This document shows positions 43,815-52,994 of a stretch of DNA of 64,000 nucleotides, one piece after another; the first letter of the stretch is position 1, and every line of letters starts with the position of its first letter. Location: assembly GCA_024762655.1 (NCBI GenBank), contig JANTHB010000003.1, forward strand, positions 3,353 to 67,352, read 5' to 3'. Source of the DNA: Bacteroidales bacterium (GTDB lineage Bacteria; Bacteroidota; Bacteroidia; Bacteroidales; VadinHA17). The notes under the pieces are model-generated. The model was not told the origin of the DNA, made no database searches, and saw only the letters and a program-made list of their open reading frames with translations. The position numbers and the translations under genes are program-made.

Positions 43815-46088
43815 ATGGCGAAAATAAGTAAAAAGGATGCTCTGGAATATCATAGTTTGGGGCGTCCGGGAAAAATCGAAGTCATACCCACAAAGCCTCA
43901 CAGCACACAGCGGGACTTGTCTATGGCCTATACGCCGGGAGTAGCTGATCCCTGCCTGGAAATCAACAAAAAACCCGACGATGTTTATAAATATACGGCG
44001 AAAGGAAATCTGGTGGCTGTCATCAGCAACGGTACCGCCGTACTGGGCCTCGGTGATATCGGCCCCGAAGCCGGTAAACCCGTCATGGAAGGGAAAGGTC
44101 TTTTGTTCAAGATCTTCGGGGATGTGGATGTCTTTGACATTGAAGTCAACACCAAAGACATTGACAAGTTTGTAGAGACCGTCAAAATGATCTCTCCTAC
44201 TTTCGGAGGGATCAATCTGGAAGATATCAAAGCACCCGAATGTTTTGAGATTGAAGATCGTTTAAAGGAGGCACTGGATATCCCGGTGATGCATGACGAC
44301 CAACATGGCACGGCTATTATTTCGTCGGCCGGCCTGCTCAACGCCCTGGAACTGAACGGAAAGAAAATCGAAGACCTTAAGCTGGTTGTTAACGGCGCCG
44401 GCGCTGCCGCCATTTCCTGCACCAAACTGTATATCTCTTTCGGCCTGAAGAAAGAGAATGTCATCATGGTTGACAGCAAAGGGGTTATCAACAAAAAAAG
44501 AAAAGACCTGAACAAATACAAACAAATGTTCGCTACCGACAAGGATGTAAACACCCTGGAAGAAGCTATCAAAGGAGCGGATATCTTCCTCGGCCTTTCG
44601 GTCGCCGGCGTCCTCACCCCCAAGATGCTCAAAACCATGGCGAAAGATCCCATTGTTTTTGCTATGGCTAACCCGGTACCCGAAATTACCTATGAAGAGG
44701 CTATCGCTGCCAGAAAAGACATCATTTTTGCCACAGGCCGTTCCGATTATCCGAACCAGATCAACAATGTGCTTGGATTTCCGTTTATTTTCAGAGGAGC
44801 CCTGGATGTCAGGGCCCGTGCCATCAACGAAGAGATGAAGAAAGCTGCGGCCCGTGCTCTGGCAGACCTTGCCAAACAACCGGTACCGGAAGTGGTAAAC
44901 ATTGCCTACAACACCAAGAACCTCACGTTCGGCCGTGAATATATCATTCCCAAACCCCTCGATCCGCGACTGATCTCTACTGTGGCCCTGGCCGTCGCCA
45001 AGGCTGCCGTGGAAACCGGCGTTGCCCGTAAAAAGATATATAATTGGGATGCCTACCGCAACGAGTTGAATAAACGGCTGGGTAATGAAAACCAACTGAT
45101 CCGGTTCATCACCAACAAAGCCAAAAAATCACCCAAGCGGGTGGTCTTTGCCGATGCGGACAATTTCAGCGTGCTGAAAGCTGCCGAAATCGTTTTTCAG
45201 GAGGGGATCGCAAAACCCATTCTGTTGGGAGACACCAAGAAAATCAAGAAAATCATCGAAGAAAACAACCTGGAACTGGGAAAAGTCAAGATCATCAACC
45301 CCCACTCTTCCATTGAGGCCAGAATAAGGAGAAAATATGCCAAAGTCCTTTTTGAAAAAAGACAACGTAAAGGCGTAACCCTGGATGAGGCGGAAAGTCT
45401 TATCCATAACCCTTACTATTTCGGCGTCATGATGGTCGAAGTGGGCGATGCCGATGCATTCCTGTCAGGTTATGAAAGTAAATATGCCGATACCATAAGA
45501 CCCGCCATCCAGATTGCAGGGACAAAACCCGATGTACGCACCATCGCCGGGATGTACATCATGATGACCCCCAAGGGCCCGTTCTTCTTCGCAGATACTA
45601 CGGTGAACATATTGCCCACAGCGGAAGAACTGGTGGATATTACACTGCTGACCGCCGAACAGGTTACGAAATTCAACATTGAACCGCACATCGCTCTGCT
45701 CTCCTACTCCAACTTCGGGTCCGCCCAGCGCGGAGATACGCCGAAGATCATGAGCAAAGTGGTCAGTATCCTTCATCAGGAACATCCCAACCTGATCGTC
45801 GACGGGGAATTGCAGGCTAATTTCGCCCTGAACGATGAACTGCAGAAAAACATTTTCCCCTTCTCCAAACTGGTGGATCATAAAGTTAATACCTTGATTT
45901 TTCCCTCCCTGAATGCCGGAAATATTGCGTATAAAATGATGCAGGAAATAGGCGGTTCGGAAGCCATCGGTCCGATCCTGATGGGGATCAACAAACCTAT
46001 CCATGTCCTGCAGATGGGTTGCTCGGTTCAGGAGATCGTAGATATGACCGCCATGGCCGTTGTTGATGCCCAGGAATATGAACTCTAA
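43815..46088 (+). CDS. maeB: NADP-dependent malic enzyme (malic enzyme + PTA-like C-terminal domain)
   Basis: 757 aa with motifs YTPGVA, GLGDIGPEAGKPVMEGK and VVNGAGAAA. The C-terminal ~330 aa are phosphate acetyltransferase-like. Confidence 0.9.
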   Translation: MAKISKKDALEYHSLGRPGKIEVIPTKPHSTQRDLSMAYTPGVADPCLEINKKPDDVYKYTAKGNLVAVISNGTAVLGLGDIGPEAGKPVMEGKGLLFKIFGDVDVFDIEVNTKDIDKFVETVKMISPTFGGINLEDIKAPECFEIEDRLKEALDIPVMHDDQHGTAIISSAGLLNALELNGKKIEDLKLVVNGAGAAAISCTKLYISFGLKKENVIMVDSKGVINKKRKDLNKYKQMFATDKDVNTLEEAIKGADIFLGLSVAGVLTPKMLKTMAKDPIVFAMANPVPEITYEEAIAARKDIIFATGRSDYPNQINNVLGFPFIFRGALDVRARAINEEMKKAAARALADLAKQPVPEVVNIAYNTKNLTFGREYIIPKPLDPRLISTVALAVAKAAVETGVARKKIYNWDAYRNELNKRLGNENQLIRFITNKAKKSPKRVVFADADNFSVLKAAEIVFQEGIAKPILLGDTKKIKKIIEENNLELGKVKIINPHSSIEARIRRKYAKVLFEKRQRKGVTLDEAESLIHNPYYFGVMMVEVGDADAFLSGYESKYADTIRPAIQIAGTKPDVRTIAGMYIMMTPKGPFFFADTTVNILPTAEELVDITLLTAEQVTKFNIEPHIALLSYSNFGSAQRGDTPKIMSKVVSILHQEHPNLIVDGELQANFALNDELQKNIFPFSKLVDHKVNTLIFPSLNAGNIAYKMMQEIGGSEAIGPILMGINKPIHVLQMGCSVQEIVDMTAMAVVDAQEYEL

Positions 46089-46175
46089 AACAAAATCCTT
46101 GCGTGCGGACAATATGACCTTAGAAATAAATATCGAAAAATTTTTTAATTCATTAACCCTTAAAAATAAATTATC

Positions 46176-47111
46176 ATGAAAGTATCAGTTATCGGAGCCG
46201 GCCATGTTGGAGCCACCGTAGCCAACGTGATTGCCGAAAAAGACATTGTCAACGAAGTGGTCCTTCTGGATGTTGTGGAGAACCAGGCCGAAGGAAAAGC
46301 CCTGGATATGTGGGAATCCTCCCCCGTGCAGATGTTCGACACCCGTATTACAGGCAGTACCAACGATTATACCAAAACAGCCGGATCGGAAGTGGTGGTG
46401 ATCACCTCCGGCAAACCGAGAAGTCCGGGCATGAGCCGTGACGACCTCATCGGCACCAATGCTGCCATCGTTAAATCCGTTACGGAAAATGTCGTAAAAT
46501 ATTCCCCGGATGCCATCATCATTGTGGTAACCAATCCCCTGGATGTCTTGTCCTACGCAGCTCATCTGGCTTCCAAAAAAGACACCTCCAAAGTATTCGG
46601 GATGGCAGGCGTGCTGGATACGGCCCGCTACCGTTCCTTTATTGCCCAGGAACTTAATGTCTCCCCCAAAGATATCCAGGCACTCCTGATGGGCGGTCAC
46701 GGCGATTCCATGGTTCCCCTGCCCCGCTATACCACGGTTGCCGGGATACCCGTTACCCAACTGATGTCCAAAGACAAACTGGATGCTATTGTGAAACGTA
46801 CCCAGGGCGGCGGCGGCGAAATTGTAAAACTGCTGGGCACCTCAGCCTGGTATGCCCCCGGAGCAGCCGTGGCTCAAATGGTAGAAGCCATCGTAAAAGA
46901 CCAGAAAAGAGTCCTTCCCGTATGCGCTTACCTGAAAGGAGAGTACGGTTTTAAGGATATTTATATTGGCGTTCCCGTCAAACTCGGAAAAAATGGTATT
47001 GAAGAAATTATCGAGGTGGAACTCGATGACCATGAAAGAGAATTAATGAACGCCTCGGCCAAGGCTGTGCGTGAAGTCATGGACGTACTCGACAATATGC
47101 ACCTTTTCTGA
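46176..47111 (+). CDS. mdh: Malate dehydrogenase (LDH-like type)
   Basis: 311 aa with motifs MKVSVIGAGHVGATVA, ITSGKPRSPGMSRDDL and GGHGDSMVP. Confidence 0.9.
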   Translation: MKVSVIGAGHVGATVANVIAEKDIVNEVVLLDVVENQAEGKALDMWESSPVQMFDTRITGSTNDYTKTAGSEVVVITSGKPRSPGMSRDDLIGTNAAIVKSVTENVVKYSPDAIIIVVTNPLDVLSYAAHLASKKDTSKVFGMAGVLDTARYRSFIAQELNVSPKDIQALLMGGHGDSMVPLPRYTTVAGIPVTQLMSKDKLDAIVKRTQGGGGEIVKLLGTSAWYAPGAAVAQMVEAIVKDQKRVLPVCAYLKGEYGFKDIYIGVPVKLGKNGIEEIIEVELDDHERELMNASAKAVREVMDVLDNMHLF

Positions 47112-47132
47112 AAATACTTAAAAGCAGAAAAA

Positions 47133-47165
47133 AGAACGGGCCGGAAGGTTCGTTCTTTTTTTTTT
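47133..47165 (+). terminator. Rho-independent terminator after mdh
   Basis: The stem agaacgggcc / ggttcgttct has 10 bp including two G-U pairs, a GGAA tetraloop, and a T-run of about 9 nt after it. It starts 22 nt after the stop codon. Confidence 0.8.
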
Positions 47166-47296
47166 GAATAATCAGAAGAAAAAGTACTATATGCGGACGG
47201 GCAACATGTATGCAGGATAAATAGGAAAGATAATATTGATTGATTGTTTGTTTGATAAATAAGTAAGTATAAGCAAGTAAAATCATTGGCACATTG

Positions 47297-47397
47297 GTCG
47301 TATGTTTGCAACATTCGACAATTATGTCAAATTATAACTCTCTCATTTTCTGTTAACTTTATTCATATATGTCGAATGTTTACAACATACGACATAT
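47297..47397. repeat. Pair of REP-like palindromes in inverted orientation (BIME-like or MITE-like unit)
   Basis: The two sites are gtcgtatgtttgcaacattcgac (47297-47319) and atatgtcgaatgtttacaacatacgacatat (47367-47397). Each is an imperfect palindrome. The single arm asymmetry (T/A) is swapped between them, so the left arm of one site is the exact complement of the right arm of the other. Confidence 0.7.
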
Positions 47398-47544
47398 ATT
47401 TATCCCCCAGCTCCTACACCTCTTTGTTTTTGGCAATTACCGAAAATCAAACCGTCTTTTCGGTAAGGATCCTCCGATCCATGACAGGATGGTACAACCT
47501 CACAAAAAATTACTTACTTTGTAAGGTTAAATTTCGTCATTGCC

Positions 47545-48204
47545 ATGGATACACTGTATTATGCTCTCCTGATTCTGGCGGCTTACCTCATTGGCTCTGT
47601 TCCCACTTCCATCTGGCTTGGAAAAATATTTTTCCATCTGGATATACGTGAGCACGGCAGCGGCAACGCGGGTGCAGCCAACACCTTTCGTGTTTTGGGG
47701 TGGAAGGCCGGTATCACCGTTCTGTTATTTGATGTTTTTAAAGGATGGATATCCGTGAGACTGGGGCATTATGCCCATCTTTTCCCGGAATATTCCGAGG
47801 CATTAATGACGCAGGAACTACTGCTGGGGACAGCCGCAGCCCTGGGCCATATTTTCCCCGTCTATGCACGGTTCAAAGGAGGAAAAGGCGTCGCCACCTT
47901 CCTGGGGGTAGCCCTTGCCATTGCGGTCTGGCCCACGCTCGTCAGCATCGGGGTATTTATAATCACAGTGATTGCCTTTAATTACGTCTCGCTGGGATCT
48001 ATCCTCGCCGGAGCCATGTTTCCGGTTTCGGTATTTTTTATTTTTAAAACCAGATATCCTTACCCGTCCCTGGAAGTATTCTCCGTTCTTATTGCCCTCC
48101 TGCTTATCTATACCCACCGCAGTAACATCAGGCGCATTTTCCGGGGCGAAGAATCCCATGCCAGCGACCTGATTAAAAAGAAAAAAGCCGGAAAAGAATC
48201 GTAA
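47545..48204 (+). CDS. plsY: Glycerol-3-phosphate acyltransferase PlsY
   Basis: 219 aa with motifs YLIGSVPTS, HGSGNAGAANTFRVLG and FKGGKGVAT. Confidence 0.9.
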   Translation: MDTLYYALLILAAYLIGSVPTSIWLGKIFFHLDIREHGSGNAGAANTFRVLGWKAGITVLLFDVFKGWISVRLGHYAHLFPEYSEALMTQELLLGTAAALGHIFPVYARFKGGKGVATFLGVALAIAVWPTLVSIGVFIITVIAFNYVSLGSILAGAMFPVSVFFIFKTRYPYPSLEVFSVLIALLLIYTHRSNIRRIFRGEESHASDLIKKKKAGKES

Positions 48205-48325
48205 ACCTGTGTTATCTTACCGTACGCAGGTGATTTTCCTCACCTCTGGTGCAGAAGGGTTACAGGAAACGTAACAAATTATCAATCTTTACGTTATTCA
48301 CGCTATAATCAAAACCTGACGCACT

Positions 48326-49297
48326 ATGAAAGCGAATAAGATCATGTTGTTTTTGGGGCTGACCGGTTTGGCCTTTCTGTTTTCCTGTTCAAAAGAGGTC
48401 AACCCCGGTCCGTCTGCCGGCACAAAATTTATTGCCGGCTACAGTGTGGCAAAAGAATCTGTTCTGCGTTCCATCCCCGAACAATACATTGACAAAGCAC
48501 GCACTACCCTTCACATTGCCTATCAGCACACATCCCACGGTACACACGTCTCTTACGGGATGTTCGGGTTGCAGGATTATAAAGACGGCGATCCCATAAA
48601 ATTCGGAATCACAAATAATAATCCCCAAGCCGAAAAACTGGACTTTCATGATTTTGCCTTGTCACAGTATGCTGCACCGGGGGAAGATGCTTCGGACCTG
48701 AGCCGCAATGAAACAGCTTTTATTCAGGCTACCCGGAATTTTCTGGATGATCCGGATAATGCAGCGGTAAATGTGGTAATGTGGTCGTGGTGCAACATTG
48801 CAGGCCATCACGTATCGGAGAACTACCTCCCCGGCATGGACTCCCTGATATCGGAATACGGAGAAGGCGGCTCCAAAATCGGAACAGCACAGGGACAAAG
48901 AAAAAATCCGGTCACTTTTATCTTTATGACGGGCCATGCCAACGCCGGCGCCAATGTAGGTGACGGGAATCCTAAAAACCAGGCAGACCTGATCATCGAT
49001 TACTGTAACAAGCATAAACAATTATGCCTGGATTATTACAGCATCGACACACACGATATGGATGACAACTACTGGGAAGATACCGGAGATAACGGGAACT
49101 CGGATGCTTATGGCGGAAATTTCTATGAAGACTGGCAAAATGCACATACCCTGGGACAAGACTGGTATGAAAATAAATCGGCTCCGGGAGGAAATGTTAC
49201 CTATGGCGCACATAACAGCCAACATATCACTGCCAACCGGAAAGCATATGCCATGTGGTGGATCCTGGCCCGCATTGCAGGATGGAGCGGAGAATAA
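48326..49297 (+). CDS. Lipoprotein of unknown function
   Basis: 323 aa with a lipobox (LAFLFSC). It is rich in His, Asp and Asn. I recognise no family. Confidence 0.5.
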   Translation: MKANKIMLFLGLTGLAFLFSCSKEVNPGPSAGTKFIAGYSVAKESVLRSIPEQYIDKARTTLHIAYQHTSHGTHVSYGMFGLQDYKDGDPIKFGITNNNPQAEKLDFHDFALSQYAAPGEDASDLSRNETAFIQATRNFLDDPDNAAVNVVMWSWCNIAGHHVSENYLPGMDSLISEYGEGGSKIGTAQGQRKNPVTFIFMTGHANAGANVGDGNPKNQADLIIDYCNKHKQLCLDYYSIDTHDMDDNYWEDTGDNGNSDAYGGNFYEDWQNAHTLGQDWYENKSAPGGNVTYGAHNSQHITANRKAYAMWWILARIAGWSGE

Positions 49298-49338
49298 GAG
49301 AGAAGAACGACGATTGACGAATCAAAAAAAACTGACAA

Positions 49339-50175
49339 TCATTTCAACGGATGTTTGATGTATACGTCCCGTTGCGGAAAAGGAATCTGAATACCGTTTT
49401 CACGAAATTTCTTTTCAATGCAATAACGCAGGTCGCTTTTGATCCACTCCACCCAAAAACCATGCTCTGAATAAAAGAAAAGCTGAAAATCCAGGGAGGA
49501 TTCCCCGAAATTCTCAAACCGTACCCTGGGTTTCATCGTTTTGGAAATACGAGGATGTTCACCGGCGCAGGATAACAACAGCTCTTCCACTTTTTTTACA
49601 TCCGAACCATACGCCACCCCAACGGTGACCGAAAAACGGGTAAGGTCTTCTATGGTGCTCCAGTTAATGACGTTCTCTTCGATAAACTTGGAATTCGGGA
49701 TGATCATCACAATATGATCACGTGTCACGATTTTTGTGGTCCTGATCCCGATTTCCTGCACCCGCCCGACATTTCCTGTCAATTCCACAATGTCATCCAC
49801 CTTGATCACTCCCTCAAATAGCAGGAAAATTCCCGACAGGATGTCTTTAAATATCTGCTGCAGCCCCATACCGACACCCACCAGCAACGCTGCAGAACTG
49901 GCAATCAAAAAAGTGAGTTTTATTCCGATAGATTGGAGGATCATGGATATCGCGATGACCCAAAGGGTATACTTAATGACCATAAATAAGGTATAGCGAA
50001 AACTATGATCCACCCTCGAAAGTCTTCCGGATTTAAGCAGAAATTTCTTTAACAACCATACCACCAGCCAGGTTATGACAATGATAAGGAAGATCTCGAG
50101 CAAACTGTACATCGTGATATGGATCGATCCGCTTGAAATCAGGGTTTTTTCAAATATGTTCTTTATGCTATTCAT
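49339..50175 (-). CDS. Mechanosensitive ion channel (MscS family)
   Basis: 278 aa with three N-terminal TM helices. The MscS beta-domain motif is VKVDDIVELTGNVGRVQEIGIRTTKIVTRDHIVMIIPNSKF. Confidence 0.85.
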   Translation of the reverse strand: MNSIKNIFEKTLISSGSIHITMYSLLEIFLIIVITWLVVWLLKKFLLKSGRLSRVDHSFRYTLFMVIKYTLWVIAISMILQSIGIKLTFLIASSAALLVGVGMGLQQIFKDILSGIFLLFEGVIKVDDIVELTGNVGRVQEIGIRTTKIVTRDHIVMIIPNSKFIEENVINWSTIEDLTRFSVTVGVAYGSDVKKVEELLLSCAGEHPRISKTMKPRVRFENFGESSLDFQLFFYSEHGFWVEWIKSDLRYCIEKKFRENGIQIPFPQRDVYIKHPLK

Positions 50176-50195
50176 AACACCTACCCGGGTTCTGC

Positions 50196-51035
50196 TTATG
50201 AAAACAGGTTTTCAATTTCTTCCTTGAGTTTTTCCGGCGAGAGATTAAAATGGATTTCCGCATCATAAGCCAGGGAAATCTCTCCGGTCTCTTCCGATAC
50301 AATTATAACCACGGCGTCGGTTTTTTCCGCCAGGCCGAGGCCGGCTCTGTGTCGCATCCCGTATTTTGCCGGAAGAAAAATATTTTCTGTTACCGGCAAC
50401 ACACACCGGGCTGCTTCGATTTTATTATGCTGGATAATGACGGCTCCGTCATGCAAAGGATTATTTTTAAAAAATATCGATTCCAGAAGGCGGGCATTTA
50501 CCTCGGCGCGGATCATATCCCCGCTACGCATTACCGCTTCCAGACCCCCTTCCCGGGCGATGGCTATCAACGCCCCCGTCCGGCTGGCAGAAAGATGTCT
50601 CACGGCCTGAATGATCTCGCGTATGGTCTCCGGAAGCAACATCTTTTCTTCGGGGGAAGTAAAAACGGAAAACTTAAACAACCGGGCCTTCGCATACCTC
50701 CCTCCCAGCAATAAAAGAAAACGCCGTATCTCCTGCTGAAAAACCACAATCAGCGCGATCACACCCACCCCGATGATCTGCCCCAATACCGAAGCAATCA
50801 TCTCCATGTGCAGGGCCCGTACCAGCAACCAGAATATATATACCAGAAAGATCCCTACAAAAATATCCATGGCCACGGTACCCCTGATCAGGCGATACGT
50901 CTCAAACAAAAGAAGCGCCAGCAACAGGATATCCAGAATATCCCAAAACCGTACCGTGATAAAAGCAATCATTGCGTAAATATACAAAGGGTTTGTGAAA
51001 CCACCAATGGAACAGAACAGACAGGCCACAGACAA
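50196..51035 (-). CDS. cdaA: Diadenylate cyclase (c-di-AMP synthase, CdaA/DacA type)
   Basis: 279-aa ORF with TM helices followed by DisA_N motifs TGALIAI, NPLHDGAVII, GMRHRAGLG and VSEETGEISL. The true start may be the internal ATG at 50972 (MIAFITVRFWD...). Confidence 0.85.
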   Translation of the reverse strand: MSVACLFCSIGGFTNPLYIYAMIAFITVRFWDILDILLLALLLFETYRLIRGTVAMDIFVGIFLVYIFWLLVRALHMEMIASVLGQIIGVGVIALIVVFQQEIRRFLLLLGGRYAKARLFKFSVFTSPEEKMLLPETIREIIQAVRHLSASRTGALIAIAREGGLEAVMRSGDMIRAEVNARLLESIFFKNNPLHDGAVIIQHNKIEAARCVLPVTENIFLPAKYGMRHRAGLGLAEKTDAVVIIVSEETGEISLAYDAEIHFNLSPEKLKEEIENLFS

Positions 51036-51143
51036 TGGTCAGGCAGTGACTAATTTCGATCTGAACGAAGTGCATACTTACGGTATCTTGTGAGTTGCGT
51101 CATTACCCTTGTATGACGCGGACGCAAAGGCAAACACCTGGCT

Positions 51144-52016
51144 TTATCCTTCCAGCTCCGTTTTTTTCCAGTATTCGACAATTTCTATCGCCTCGCGTGC
51201 TGCCTTGACATCATGCACCCTTAATATATCGGCTCCTTCCACCAGGGCCAGGGTATGCAATACCACCGTCCCCGTAAGAGATTCTTCCGGGGTAATATCC
51301 AGCAGCTTCCAGATCATGGATTTGCGGGAGACCCCCACCATCAGCGGCAAACCCGTCTCCCGGAATGCACGTAACCCTTTTAACAACTGATAATTATGCT
51401 TTAGCGTTTTCCCGAAACCAAACCCCGGATCCAGGACAATATCATGTACCCCCAGTTCCCGCAAACGATGAATTTTCTTTGAGAAAAGAAAAAGAATATC
51501 CTTTACCACATGCTTATACCGCGGTTTCTCCTGCATCGTCTGGGGAGTTCCCTGCATATGCATCAGGACATACGCCACCCCCAGCCCGGCCACCGTTTCA
51601 AACATCTCCGCATCCATATCCCCGCCCGAGATATCATTGACCATACCCACATTATAGGTATTCACTGCCTTCTCAGCCACCTGAGAACGGAAGGTATCCA
51701 CCGACAAAGGTATCTCCGGATCCTCCTGCCGGAGTACGTCCAGTCCTTTCTGCAACCGTTCCCATTCTTCTTCCTCCGGCACAGGCCTGGCTCCCGGCCT
51801 GGAAGAATAGGCTCCCACATCAATAATATCAGCCCCTTCCTCTTTCATCTGCCGGAATCGGGCAAGCAACGCGTCCTCCTGTAAGAACTTTCCCCCATCA
51901 TAAAAAGAATCGGGCGTAAGGTTCAGTATCCCCATGACCAGCGGACGCTTCAGGTCAAACAAACGGCCGTTGATCACAAGACTTTTCTTTCCGGAAAATA
52001 AATTATCTTTACCCAT
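51144..52016 (-). CDS. folP: Dihydropteroate synthase
   Basis: 290 aa with motifs MGILNLTPDSFYDGG, IIDVGAYSSRPGA, VNDISGG and DPGFGFGKT. Confidence 0.9.
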   Translation of the reverse strand: MGKDNLFSGKKSLVINGRLFDLKRPLVMGILNLTPDSFYDGGKFLQEDALLARFRQMKEEGADIIDVGAYSSRPGARPVPEEEEWERLQKGLDVLRQEDPEIPLSVDTFRSQVAEKAVNTYNVGMVNDISGGDMDAEMFETVAGLGVAYVLMHMQGTPQTMQEKPRYKHVVKDILFLFSKKIHRLRELGVHDIVLDPGFGFGKTLKHNYQLLKGLRAFRETGLPLMVGVSRKSMIWKLLDITPEESLTGTVVLHTLALVEGADILRVHDVKAAREAIEIVEYWKKTELEG

Positions 52017-52084
52017 GATTCTGTATAATTATTGAGGGTTAAATTTATAACGGTTGCGGCTAAACCCAAAAAGTTTTTTATAAA

Positions 52085-52771
52085 ATGAGCTTTATTGTCA
52101 TTGAAGGTCTGGACGGTTCGGGAAAATCCACCCAATTAAAAAATCTTCGCAGCTATCTGGACCGGGAGGGTATTGATTTCTTTTTCCTGCATTTTCCGCG
52201 CACCGACGCCCCGGTTTTCGGAGAAATGATCGCCCGTTTCCTGCGGGGAGAGCTGGGAAAAATCGAAGAAGTGGATCCTTATCTCGTGGCACTCCTGTAT
52301 GCCGGTGACCGCATGGATGCCGCAGACATTATCCGTTCGGAACAGAAAAAAAAGAAACTGGTGCTGGTGGACAGGTATGTCTATTCAAACATCGCTTTTC
52401 AGTGTGCCAAAATTGAAGATCCCCCGGGACAGGAAAAGTTACGTAACTGGATCCTGCATATGGAATATGAACACTTTCGCATTCCCAGGCCCGATCTCAA
52501 CCTCTTTCTGGATGTCCCCTTCTCCTTCACGGCAGCGAAACTTTCCGAAAAAAGGGAAGGACAGGAACGGGATTACCTGGCAGGGCAACAGGATATCCAT
52601 GAAAAAGACCTGCGGTTCCAGCAAAGAGTAAGAGAGGTTTACCTGCGTTTTGCCGCCAGCCAGCCCGACTGCATCAGCATCCCCTGCTATGCCCCGGACG
52701 AAACCATGCTGGCAGAAGAAATAATCTTCGAAAAAATCCTGAATGCCTTAAGGGATAAGAAAATATTATAA
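52085..52771 (+). CDS. tmk: Thymidylate (dTMP) kinase-like
   Basis: 228 aa with the P-loop IVIEGLDGSGKSTQ and the motif DRYVYSNIAFQ. Confidence 0.75.
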   Translation: MSFIVIEGLDGSGKSTQLKNLRSYLDREGIDFFFLHFPRTDAPVFGEMIARFLRGELGKIEEVDPYLVALLYAGDRMDAADIIRSEQKKKKLVLVDRYVYSNIAFQCAKIEDPPGQEKLRNWILHMEYEHFRIPRPDLNLFLDVPFSFTAAKLSEKREGQERDYLAGQQDIHEKDLRFQQRVREVYLRFAASQPDCISIPCYAPDETMLAEEIIFEKILNALRDKKIL

Positions 52772-52994
52772 GACACCTGCTTCTGCAACATGTCGGCAGG
52801 CAAACTGAATATATATATATAAATCAATGGTGTCCGGGTAAATATTATAGACAGCTTTGGATAAAAGATCTTATCCTGTTTTGTAAACAAATTGCATATT
52901 TTATCCGGTCAGCTGTAAAAATTATATGTATTTAAATAAATATTTAATTACATATTTAAATATTTATTTTTTTCATCGCACCGGTGATTAATTG

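Noticed and set aside
52924-52975. AT-only near-palindrome (atatgtatttaaat-aaat-atttaattacatat) between the convergent tmk and BNR genes, as a special element.
   Set aside because: The sequence is low-complexity AT-rich in a convergent 3' region. It is most simply a weak bidirectional terminator or spacer, and I saw no recurrence elsewhere in the window.
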